A stretch of 53,424 nt of DNA from a virus (taxonomy: Duplodnaviria > Caudoviricetes): positions 1 to 53,424 of the IMG/VR virus record IMGVR_UViG_3300006945_000001, one strand, 5' to 3'. The notes beneath the pieces were generated by a model. It did not search any database. It was not told where the DNA came from and saw nothing but the letters and a program-made list of their open reading frames with translations. This document shows positions 34,796 through 44,100 of the stretch, piece after piece (the first letter of the stretch is position 1; the number at the start of each line of letters is the position of its first letter). The translations under genes and the position numbers were made by a program.

Positions 34796-35773
34796 ATGAG
34801 TGCTCAAGCTATCCAAGCCGTAGGCGAGTGGCTCGCAAAGGCAGAAAACGCCGATGCTCAATGGCTATTGGGAGATGCTCTCCGTATCCGTATGCAGTAC
34901 GTAAACTATTTGGAAAATCCAGCAATCCAGGTGATAGCCAGAGGGAGAGGTGGCCCGCTGGCATCGGTCATAAAAGCAGTTCGAGGCCTGGCCAAAAACC
35001 CGGATGACTTGCGCGGAAAGCTGACTCAAGAACTCAATCCCGAAGCCGCCGACTTCGATAACAGAATAGAGGATTTTTTGGCAGAGCTTGTATCGGTCAT
35101 CTACCTAGCGAAGTGTGGGTTTAAGGAGTTCGAGTTCCTATTGGCCCGCGATTCAGCCATGCCAGACCTGCGGGCAATCGACAAGGATAACGTCGCGTAC
35201 TTTGTGGAGGTCAAGAATCTGCGCGAACCCAACTCACCGACCACGGCAGCTTTCAGCATATGGCATCGCAAACAAATCGAGGAGCCTGAAAGGTTCCGCT
35301 TCACTGCGTCAATAGACTTTCGCTCACAGATCGAACCTGACCTTGACCAGGAACAGGTCAAGGCCGTGAAGGAACTCGTGGATTCACTACCAGATAGGAA
35401 GCGGCCTTCCGAATTCAAAGTGACTATCCCCGGCGGGCTGGAGATCCAGATTAAGGTCGAAGATGGGGAACCCGTGATGCTCTCCTATGGGACGGGAGGG
35501 GCTTTGGATGATGTCAGGGAAAAAAGGGCCAAAACGTTCTTAGTTAAGGTGCTCGACCAAACCTCAAAGGGTCTGCGCCAGCTTTATGCTTCTCACCTAG
35601 ACGGTGACGCAAGACGGCTGCTTCTATTGCGATGGAGAGTGCCGAGTGATACTTGGCTGGTTGCCGACGAGATGCGCAACGCAGTCCGAGAATCGCTGAA
35701 GAACTTCCTTGCGCCTTACTTTGCAAACCTCGACGTACACATTCTAAACAATACCGACCAGCTGGAGACTTGA
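34796..35773 (+). CDS. PD-(D/E)XK restriction-endonuclease-like protein
   Basis: AGGAG SD; DFLAEL...MPDLRA...FVEVKNL. Confidence 0.7.
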   Translation: MSAQAIQAVGEWLAKAENADAQWLLGDALRIRMQYVNYLENPAIQVIARGRGGPLASVIKAVRGLAKNPDDLRGKLTQELNPEAADFDNRIEDFLAELVSVIYLAKCGFKEFEFLLARDSAMPDLRAIDKDNVAYFVEVKNLREPNSPTTAAFSIWHRKQIEEPERFRFTASIDFRSQIEPDLDQEQVKAVKELVDSLPDRKRPSEFKVTIPGGLEIQIKVEDGEPVMLSYGTGGALDDVREKRAKTFLVKVLDQTSKGLRQLYASHLDGDARRLLLLRWRVPSDTWLVADEMRNAVRESLKNFLAPYFANLDVHILNNTDQLET

Positions 35774-35812
35774 TCTTCCCCAGAATCGGAAGACTTCGGG
35801 CGTGGACACCGG

Positions 35813-36067
35813 TCAGGGAGTTTCTCCCTGAGGTCCAGGTGCAGATTCCGATCTAGGTGCTACGTCATCGGCCTGGAAGCCGATCTTGCCGTGGGTGCCA
35901 TCGCAAAAAGGCTTGTTTGCACTGTGCCCACAACGGCACAGCGAGAACGCCGTCTTGCCTTGCAAATCGAACGCTTTGCCGTCCGCGTCCACCACTTTGA
36001 TGTCGACCCCGTCCGTCGCTTCCACGCGATACGGCCCATTCTTCTTCGCGGTTATCGTAACTGGCAT
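35813..36067 (-). CDS. CDGSH iron-sulfur domain protein
   Basis: NGPY, LCRCGHSANKPFCDGTH; AGGAGG SD. Confidence 0.93.
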   Translation of the reverse strand: MPVTITAKKNGPYRVEATDGVDIKVVDADGKAFDLQGKTAFSLCRCGHSANKPFCDGTHGKIGFQADDVAPRSESAPGPQGETP

Positions 36068-36196
36068 CAAGCTTCCTCCTAACCTTCCTGAGTGCTTCGT
36101 TAGGATAGCGCACAGTTCGCCCAGCAGTCACTGAGCATCGGTTCCCAGCCAGAATTGGTGTGTTAGAGTGTGGCCAAATTTGGCAGAGAGGGTCTT

Positions 36197-36871
36197 ATGG
36201 ATAAGGGACAGCTACTCGATTTGATCGTTGGTCAGGAGCGGGAAGCGATTATCCGAACGCTGGCCATGATGGCCTACAACCCCGCGATTGGGCGGGTGCT
36301 GGAAAGAGGGGGAGTGGAGAGATTCTCTGACCTGATGATGGAGACGATCCCAAAGTTCTACGGTTTGGTGACGCCCGACCACTTTGAGCGAATCCACGCT
36401 GAAGCCTGCGAGCGACTTCTGTCTTCCTTCAAGACGGCTAGGAACGAAACCCTGTCTTACGGGCAAGCCCAAAAGCCTCTGAACGTCTTTCTTAAAGTGT
36501 ACGTGGATTGGGCAAAGCGGCCTGAGCCGCCACTGGCCGAAAAGCTAATACCGCTGCTCCACTGTCCGCTCGATAGTCTGCTGATGGAGTTTATCAAGCG
36601 GGAGTTCCCAGAGGAGTACGAGAGATTCATCGGCGGACTTCGCCGACGCCAGATTGAGCACATCGCTGGGCGATTGGGACAATCGCCGAAGACCATTGCT
36701 CGCGCAATGGGCGATGAGTTCTCACTGACGGCCATAAACAAAGAGCTTTATCTCGCATGGCAGGAGCTTCTGCGGTCGCTCTATCCGGTCAAGCCCGTTA
36801 TGCTTGACATCATCTGGGTCCACGAACGAAGGCGGCTACGGGAATCCGCAAGCTCAGGCCAAGCTGGATGA
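36197..36871 (+). CDS. Hypothetical helical protein with GQAQKxxN...HCPLDS motifs (possible HhH-glycosylase-like fold)
   Basis: SYGQAQKPLNVFLKVY, LHCPLDS, YLAWQ, LDIIW; alternative GTG start at 36170. Confidence 0.6.
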   Translation: MDKGQLLDLIVGQEREAIIRTLAMMAYNPAIGRVLERGGVERFSDLMMETIPKFYGLVTPDHFERIHAEACERLLSSFKTARNETLSYGQAQKPLNVFLKVYVDWAKRPEPPLAEKLIPLLHCPLDSLLMEFIKREFPEEYERFIGGLRRRQIEHIAGRLGQSPKTIARAMGDEFSLTAINKELYLAWQELLRSLYPVKPVMLDIIWVHERRRLRESASSGQAG

Positions 36872-36911
36872 CTTATAATCCCGAATCGCTGAGCGGATTG
36901 AAGGAGACGGC

Positions 36912-37313
36912 ATGGCTGGAAAGAAGCGCGTATTTCTCAGCTTCCTAGCGGAAGACAGACAACGAGTTGAGGGCCTTCGGCTGCTCGCTGCGAATCCCGA
37001 CTACGACTTGGAGTTTTACGATGAGTCAGTAAGAGCCGCAATTGACAGCCGAGATGCCGAGTACATCAAACGGCAGATTCGCGAAAAGATCAACCGCACC
37101 AGCGTGACCGTGTGCTTGATAAGCGAAAACACTCATACAAGCAAATGGGTTGATTGGGAACTCGAAGAGAGCAACCGCAAGGGGAACGTTATCATCGCAA
37201 TGGCACTCAAGGGTGTCGAACGAGCTGTGCTGCCGAAGCTGATCAAAGAGAAGAATCTGGCATTCCACGCCTGGGACCCCGCGCAACTCAGCAAGCTCAT
37301 CGCCGAGGCCTAG
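36912..37313 (+). CDS. TIR domain protein (ThsB/DUF1863-like)
   Basis: RVFLSF, YIKRQIREKINRTSVTVCLI, SKWVDWEL (catalytic Glu); TATAAT at 36874 and AAGGAG SD. Confidence 0.9.
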   Translation: MAGKKRVFLSFLAEDRQRVEGLRLLAANPDYDLEFYDESVRAAIDSRDAEYIKRQIREKINRTSVTVCLISENTHTSKWVDWELEESNRKGNVIIAMALKGVERAVLPKLIKEKNLAFHAWDPAQLSKLIAEA

Positions 37314-37314
37314 C

Positions 37315-37758
37315 ATGTCAACGCCCAACGCCACTATGCAGCGACTCGACGACCAAATCGAGTGGTATGACAAGAGAAGCATGTCCAATCAACGGGCTTT
37401 CAAATGGCTCAAGGGCATTGAGATCGTGGGTGCTGCTCTTGTTCCGTTCGCCGCAGGTGCGAGCGCACCGGCGGTAATCACCGGCGCGCTCGGAGTGCTA
37501 GTCGTCGTTCTAGAGGGAGTGCAACAGCTGAACCAATACCACCACAACTGGATCATCTACCGCTCTACGTGTGAGAACTTGAAGCACGAGAAGTTCCTGT
37601 ATCTTGCCAAGGCAGGGCCATACGCCGCAGTCAATGATCCACAAGCACTTCTTGCGGAAAGAATCGAGTCACTAATATCCCAAGAGCACGCTAAGTGGAT
37701 CGCAGGACGAGAGCAAGTGGCGAAGTCCACGGGGCCAGCTCATCAGGCTGGAGGATAA
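37315..37758 (+). CDS. SLATT/DUF4231-like two-TM effector
   Basis: RLDDQIEWYDKRS, two hydrophobic helices, WIIYRSTCENLKHEKFLY, LAERIESLISQEH. Confidence 0.88.
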   Translation: MSTPNATMQRLDDQIEWYDKRSMSNQRAFKWLKGIEIVGAALVPFAAGASAPAVITGALGVLVVVLEGVQQLNQYHHNWIIYRSTCENLKHEKFLYLAKAGPYAAVNDPQALLAERIESLISQEHAKWIAGREQVAKSTGPAHQAGG

Positions 37759-37766
37759 CTTAGGCT

Positions 37767-38339
37767 ATGTTTCGAGCGAAACGAGACGACACCCTCGTAG
37801 GAACCATAGAGCGGCAATACGGGATCGACCTGCATGCTCGCAGCGACATGACGCTGGGTACCCTGTTGGATGAAAGGGGCTTTGACTCCCTCACCCAGCT
37901 TCTAGCGGCATACCAAGGCAGGCTGACTTATCATGCAAGGCGGAGACGCCTCTTCATCAGTTTCGACGCGGACGACAAACCACAGGTTCAGGGGTTCCGG
38001 TTGATGGCTTACAATCCCAACGTTGATTTGGACTTCTATGACGGTAGCCTGCAAATGCCCGTGAATAGCGAACGGAGCGGCTACGTCAAACAGGTTCTAC
38101 GTGAAAAGATTAGTCGCTGCTCGGTGGTGGTTTGCTTAATCGGCAACGCAACGGCTTGGAGCGAATGGGTTGATTGGGAACTCAGGACCGGTCGCAATTT
38201 TGGCAAGGGTCTTTGCGGTGTCCGCCTCAAGGGATCGCGAGGCCAAGCCCCATCTGCGCTCGCGGGCGAGCCAGTGGCGGGCTGGGACACTGAACAAATC
38301 GTCCGCGCCATTGAATGCGCAGCTGCTCGAAGAAGCTGA
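37767..38339 (+). CDS. TIR domain protein (ThsB/DUF1863-like) with a roughly 55-aa N-terminal extension
   Basis: RLFISF, YVKQVLREKISRCSVVVCLIG, SEWVDWEL. Confidence 0.9.
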   Translation: MFRAKRDDTLVGTIERQYGIDLHARSDMTLGTLLDERGFDSLTQLLAAYQGRLTYHARRRRLFISFDADDKPQVQGFRLMAYNPNVDLDFYDGSLQMPVNSERSGYVKQVLREKISRCSVVVCLIGNATAWSEWVDWELRTGRNFGKGLCGVRLKGSRGQAPSALAGEPVAGWDTEQIVRAIECAAARRS

Positions 38340-38388
38340 TTGAGTTGTCTTCGGACGGCAGACACGAGAACAGGGGCAAAGTGCTAGT

Positions 38389-39396
38389 ATGAGTCTGATC
38401 TGGACCAAAGGCGGCTCCTACCGTCGTGTTGAGTACGAAGACGAGGCCGATCTAGAAGCGGCCATCGTCGAAGTCCAGGCTGAACTGTTTGGCCCCAATC
38501 GCATATATCTGGATGCAAAGAAGAAGATCGGGGCCAAGGGCGGCCTGCGCAACATTCCGGACGGTTACCTGATTGACTTGAGCGGACGCCAACCGCGCCT
38601 GTACGTTGTCGAGAACGAGCTCGCTTCCCACGATCCGCTCCGCCATATCGCCGTGCAAATACTCCAGTTCTCGCTCTCCTTCGAGGAAGAGCCCAGGGCG
38701 GTGAAGACGGCTCTTTTCAGTGCCCTTCAATCTCAGCCGGACGCAAAGAAGCAATGCGAAGAATACGCGGCGTCACACGGGTTCCGGAACCTCGACCACA
38801 TGCTTGAACACATGGTCTTCGAGGGTCCTTTCGCCGCACTGGTCGTAATTGACGAGCTGCCCGAGAAGCTGGAAAGCGTTCTGGCTGAGCGGTTTCAGTT
38901 TGGTGTGGAAGTCTTAGAATTGGGACGATTCGAGAACGGTCAGGGAGATCGCCTGTACCACTTCGAGCCGTTCCTAGCTGACTTGCGGGAAGATGTGGCA
39001 GCCGCGGAGCAGGTCGCGAAGGCCGGTGTCAGCCGGGTGGACGCATCCGAAGTTGATACCGTCGTCGTCCCGGCCCGAGAAGAAGGCTTTCAAGAGGTTT
39101 TCCTCGGGGAGAACCGCTGGTACGCCATCCGAATCCACGGGACAATGCGCCCGCAGATCAAGCACATCGCTGCCTACCGCGTAGCCCCGGTTTCTGCCAT
39201 TACCCACATTGCGCCCGTCCAGTCCATCGAGCCGTGGAAGGACACGGGCAAGTTTGTGGTGAACTTCGCTGAACCAGCACGCGAGATCGGCCCCATCGAA
39301 CTGGTCAAAGGCGGACGCGGCAAGGCCCTGCAAAGTCTCCGCTACACAACTCGGGCACGCCTAGAGGCCGCAAAGACCCTTGACGACATTTGGTAG
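38389..39396 (+). CDS. PD-(D/E)XK nuclease (NucS-like N-terminus) with a C-terminal putative PUA/EVE-like domain
   Basis: EADLE...IPDGYLID...VVENEL...Q; C-terminal VVVPAREEGFQEVFLGENRWYAIRI...IAAYRVAPVSAITH. Confidence 0.7.
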   Translation: MSLIWTKGGSYRRVEYEDEADLEAAIVEVQAELFGPNRIYLDAKKKIGAKGGLRNIPDGYLIDLSGRQPRLYVVENELASHDPLRHIAVQILQFSLSFEEEPRAVKTALFSALQSQPDAKKQCEEYAASHGFRNLDHMLEHMVFEGPFAALVVIDELPEKLESVLAERFQFGVEVLELGRFENGQGDRLYHFEPFLADLREDVAAAEQVAKAGVSRVDASEVDTVVVPAREEGFQEVFLGENRWYAIRIHGTMRPQIKHIAAYRVAPVSAITHIAPVQSIEPWKDTGKFVVNFAEPAREIGPIELVKGGRGKALQSLRYTTRARLEAAKTLDDIW

Positions 39397-39459
39397 CCCC
39401 CTGGTTAGACCTCTGCCTCGCGGATCGCCCTCAGCCCCTCTCCAGTCAGCATCGAACGC

Positions 39460-40704
39460 TCACCTCGGAATGGCCGCCTCGATCTTACTGAGCGTATCTT
39501 GTATGCCCTCTCTCATTTGGTCGGCTACTGAGTCGATCACGGAGAGAATCTCTCTGATCTCAGTCGCCTTCCGCTTGATTTGGGTCAGATGGTTGAGGCT
39601 GTCTCGAAACCGGTCAAGCTGCGCGGACAAAGTTGCGATATCAATCTCTCTCCGCTCCTGAGCAGCAGTTCTAAGCTTAGTATCAACGAGAGCGAAGCGC
39701 AGAGCCGTCCGCAGATGATCAGCTATGCAGGCAACAACGGGCCCACGGTCACAGTCGAGTTCTCTCCATTCTCCGATTTCCTGTGCAAGGCCGTCTTGGG
39801 TCTTACTCACGTAGATGCCATAGTTGCCATTCCATTCAGACAGGGATGCCGACATTTGTTCGTTTATGCGTACTCGTCCCCAGGCGTTTTCACGGTCTCT
39901 TGCTTCCACAACAATCCGCAGCGGACTAGGGCCAAGCCCGGTTTCTCGGAGCGTTAAGACAAAGTCACCTGGCCTGTTTTGAGGTGCCGTGTATTCTAAG
40001 TCCGCCCCGACGGCTACTGACCAATCGCGCAGAAGGGGCAGCAACTCCTCCTCGAATTGGTATCCCTTCTCTGGACTCGCGGCCACCACTTCTTGGACGC
40101 CTCGCTCTCTTTCCAGAGCGAGCGAAAGTGTTGCGATAGCCGTGCTCAAGGGGGCCGTGACGTCCTGGACTGCTTTCTTCACCGCATTCGCTAGTGTGCC
40201 GTCCGTTGTCGCTATGGATGCGATGATACTCTCCACACGCTTTTGGACGGAATCATCGCGAGAAGCGTCCAGAAGATTCTTGAGCTCCTGAAGCGCCTTG
40301 CCTAGAGTGGTCTCCGTCTGACGGGGATCGAGGTGCTTTTCAAACAGCTGCTGAACCTCGGTGAGTTTTCCGCTGATAGCAGTTTGGACTGACTGGACGG
40401 TAGAGCTTACCTGAGCCATGGGGCCATCCGGTGCAGTCAATTTGGATCGCAGTACTTCAGGCAGACCATCAACAGCGCTCCTCGAAGCTTGGATCAACCG
40501 TTCTAGTTCGAGCCGAACAAACTCTAGGCTTTGCCCCACCTCGGCTCTTTGGAGGCAAAACACACCCAGTTCAATTGCTCGAACGGCCGCCTCGGGACGC
40601 CGGTCCTCGGGTTTCTGTTTGAAATACTGAATGACATCGGGGTTGGCGACTGTTAGACCCTCGAACCGAACAGTTGCGTCCTCAAGTATGACTTGGCCGG
40701 GCAT
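39460..40704 (-). CDS. Coiled-coil protein with a restriction-endonuclease-like domain (RmuC/DUF2130-like)
   Basis: Long helical N-terminus, KGYQFEE...PGDFVL...IVVEAR, C-terminal coiled coil. Confidence 0.65.
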   Translation of the reverse strand: MPGQVILEDATVRFEGLTVANPDVIQYFKQKPEDRRPEAAVRAIELGVFCLQRAEVGQSLEFVRLELERLIQASRSAVDGLPEVLRSKLTAPDGPMAQVSSTVQSVQTAISGKLTEVQQLFEKHLDPRQTETTLGKALQELKNLLDASRDDSVQKRVESIIASIATTDGTLANAVKKAVQDVTAPLSTAIATLSLALERERGVQEVVAASPEKGYQFEEELLPLLRDWSVAVGADLEYTAPQNRPGDFVLTLRETGLGPSPLRIVVEARDRENAWGRVRINEQMSASLSEWNGNYGIYVSKTQDGLAQEIGEWRELDCDRGPVVACIADHLRTALRFALVDTKLRTAAQERREIDIATLSAQLDRFRDSLNHLTQIKRKATEIREILSVIDSVADQMREGIQDTLSKIEAAIPR

Positions 40705-40834
40705 CGAATCGCTCCTATTCTCCGTCCATCAGGATTGGCCCCGCTTGGCCAATTCTACATGCGCGAGGCGGTTAGCGTGGTAGTAAAGTCCGGGCCCATC
40801 TGTTTCGTGCGGCCCGTGCTAAAATCGCCCGGCG

Positions 40835-41152
40835 ATGCAACCCCTTTCCAGCGGCAAACACTGGAGACACCCTGGCGGAAAAATGCGAGAGCTTGGCCCG
40901 AAAAGTTTGGAAGATGCTGAGCTGCTTGCAATCCTGATCTCTACGGGGATGCGAGGACGGTCCGCCGAGTCTATTGCGCGGGATGTGCTCGATCATTTCG
41001 GCTCTCTTGCTGGACTGGCTAATCAGCCCCTTGAACGCCTGCTAGCGTTCAAAGGTCTCGGCGATGTAAAAATTCTGAGAATCGCGGCAGCGTTTGAGAT
41101 CGCGCGCCGCGTAGTTGCGCGGAATGCCCACGAACCAAGGCCAAAGAACTAA
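40835..41152 (+). CDS. Stand-alone RadC (UPF0758) N-terminal HhH domain, no JAB domain
   Basis: GPKSLEDAELLAILISTG...FGSL...KGLGDVK..IAAAFEIARR; extended -10 TGCTAAAAT at 40817. Confidence 0.85.
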   Translation: MQPLSSGKHWRHPGGKMRELGPKSLEDAELLAILISTGMRGRSAESIARDVLDHFGSLAGLANQPLERLLAFKGLGDVKILRIAAAFEIARRVVARNAHEPRPKN

Positions 41153-44100
41153 GAAGAGCAAGCTCTGGGAGAAGCCCACTCGCGTTCCTTCTGTCCAACT
41201 GGAGCGCAAGACCCATGCCATTCGTGCCTACGTCGGGCATCTTAGCCAGCGCCCCGATCTGTCCGAATATGCTCGTGGGGTTGCCTTCGTTCAGCTACTC
41301 AAGGACCTACTCATTGACGCCGATCCTCAGTTTCTCCAGGACTACCTCGGCGGTATGGAACACTCCCTGGCGGGACCGAAGACCGCCCTGTACAACAGAG
41401 GTAGGGTGGATGCGCTCTACGGAAACCTGATCATCGAGTTCAAGCGCAGCCTGTCGAAGTCACTCCCCGAAGCTGAAGAGCAGATCAAGAAATACTTGGC
41501 CCTGCTGTACTGCAACGCTGAAGAGCGGGCCCGGCCATTCATTGGCATGGCCACGGATGGAATTCAGTTCGTTACCTATGCACCCCGCCTGAACCCCGAT
41601 GTGGCTCAACCCACGCCGGGAGACATCCAACTCGTTGAGATCGAGAAGGCGAATTTCGAGTCGCTGACTCCTGAGGAGGCTTTCTACTGGCTAGACCGGT
41701 ATTTTGTTCGCAAGACAGGTCTGCTGGCTCCGCGCACGGATAGCATTGTCAAAGATTTCGGGCCGACCAGCGGCTCCTTCGTCCATGCGATGAACGTGCT
41801 TGACGGCGTTTGGAAGCACGTTGCCGACGACACGGAATCCCAGGTCTTCTACGAGAGCTGGCAAAAATACCTGAGAATCACCTACGGAGGTCCGGTCGCT
41901 GAGCGTGAACTTTTTCTTCGGCACACCTACCTGGCTACGCTCGCCAAGATCATGGTGTGGATTAGGCTCACAGGGGCGACTGAACCGCCCAGGGAACCCG
42001 AGCTAAGAAGTATCCTCAACGGACACTACTTTGGGCAGCGGGGCATACAGAACTTTCTCGAAGAGGATTTCTTTGCTTGGGTAGCCCGCGATGCGGCCTG
42101 GCTTCATACGCAGGTACTTGGCCGCCGGCTCGTCCTGCAACTGGCGACCTACAACCTACGCGAGCTTTCGGAAGACGTGATGAAGGGGTTGTACGAAAAG
42201 CTCGTAGACCCCAAGGACCGCCATGACCTAGGCGAATACTACACTCCCGACTGGCTTGCGGCCATGATCGTGCGCGAATGCCTGCGGCGTAACCCCCAGG
42301 CGTCAGTTCTCGATCCTGCTTGCGGCTCTGGCACCTTTCTCTATCAAACGATTCTCTACAAGCGGGAGCACTTGGGCCATTCAGCAAAGACCTTGAAGCA
42401 CATCGAGGAGAACGTCGTCGGAATCGACATTCACCCCTTAGCGGTCATCGTGGCCAAGACAATTTATCTGCTTGGCCTTGGCGATCTGCTTGAAAAACGG
42501 GGTAAGGCCATCCGTATTCCGGTCTATTTGGCGGATTCCGTAAGGCCGCCTCAAGAAAAGCTGCGAAAAAAGAGGGCTGCGCAGCAGGGAGATTTCGAGT
42601 TTCCCAGCCCGCTATACGTCGTACCTCTCGACGGTGATGCGGCCGAGTTCCCAGAGGATCTGGCCCTGACTGGCGAGCTTTACGACCGGGCGATTGAGCT
42701 CTGTGCGCAGTACGCCGCGTCCACTGCCAAGCACGCAATGCCTTCCGAGCAGGAATTGGCAAATTATCTTCGCCAGAACGAGCCTGCGCTTATCCAGAAC
42801 GCCGTTTGGCGCGCTTCGCTTTATGAACTTTTTCGCGTCTTGCGGACCAAGATTCGGGAACGGAAGGATACGATCTGGGCTTTCATCCTGAAAAACGTCT
42901 TCAAGCCGCTGCTGATGAGAGAGCGGTTCGATGTGGTCATCGGAAATCCGCCGTGGCTCTCTTATCGTTACGTGGAAAAGGGCGAATACCAGGAGTTCCT
43001 CAAAGGGGAGATCACCAAACACTACGGGCTGCTCACCGGACGGCCTGAGCTTCTGACCCACATGGAGCTTGGCACGCTCTTTTTTGTCCGCAGCGCCGAT
43101 TTCTATCTTCGGGCCGGAGGCAGGATCGGGTTCGTACTCCCCAAGAGCATCTTCGTAGCCGACCAACACCATGCCCTGCGCCAGGGCACCCACGCTGCCC
43201 GCCTCCGCTTGACGCAGGTCTGGAACCTCGAAGGCGTGCGGCCACTTTTCAACGTCCCTGCCGCCGTAGCCTTCGGCGAGAAGTCGTCCGGAGAAACCGA
43301 ATGGCCACTCCAAGGACGTGTGCTCACGGGTGAGCTTGCTGGTAAGAATGTTCCCCTTGAGGAGGCGGCGCAGAAACTTTTTGAACAAGCCACTCAATAC
43401 TGGCTCTCGATCAAGGGAACGCGCAGCTACTTTAGCGAGAAAAAAGAGAAGGCGGTCACACAAGGCAGCCCTTATGGTGAAAAGTTCGCCGAAGGTGCCA
43501 CGATTGTGCCGCGTTCGTATTGGTTCGTCGAGGTGCAGAAATCATCGGGCCTTGGGGTTGATCCGGCGCGGCCTTATGTGAAGACCGATCCGCGCGCGAT
43601 GGAAGCGGCCAAGGAGAAGTACCGGGATGTATGCCTCGAAGGTAACGTCGAAGCCGAGTTTCTTTACCAGACGCTGCTTTCCACTGACCTTGTCCCCTTC
43701 GGCCATCTCCCCTTTCGCACCGTCGTGCTGCCCGTCCGCTGGAGGGGTGACCGCTACGAAATGCTGACCGCAAAGCAGGCGCGGCAGGAAGGGTTTCTCG
43801 GCCTGGCCGAATGGCTGGAGAAGTGCGAAGCGATCTGGCGGGAGAAGCGCGGAGATAAAGCCACGCGTGAGACCATCTACGATTGGCTTGACTACCGCAA
43901 GAAGCTCACCCAGCAGCGCCGCAAGCGGTATACGGTGGTGTATCCTGCTTCAGCGACCTACCTTTGCGCTGCGGTCGTGGAGAATAGCGAATCTGAAATG
44001 CGATTGCGCCGATTCCTCGCTGAGAGCAAGCTCTATTATTTCGACACTGACGAACTGGACGAAGCGCATCTTCTGACGGCAGTGCTGAACTCCGGAGTCT

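Noticed and set aside
36912-38339. Canonical Thoeris type I/II or CBASS
   Set aside because: No SIR2-SLOG or Macro-domain ThsA and no nucleotidyltransferase; reported instead as a variant
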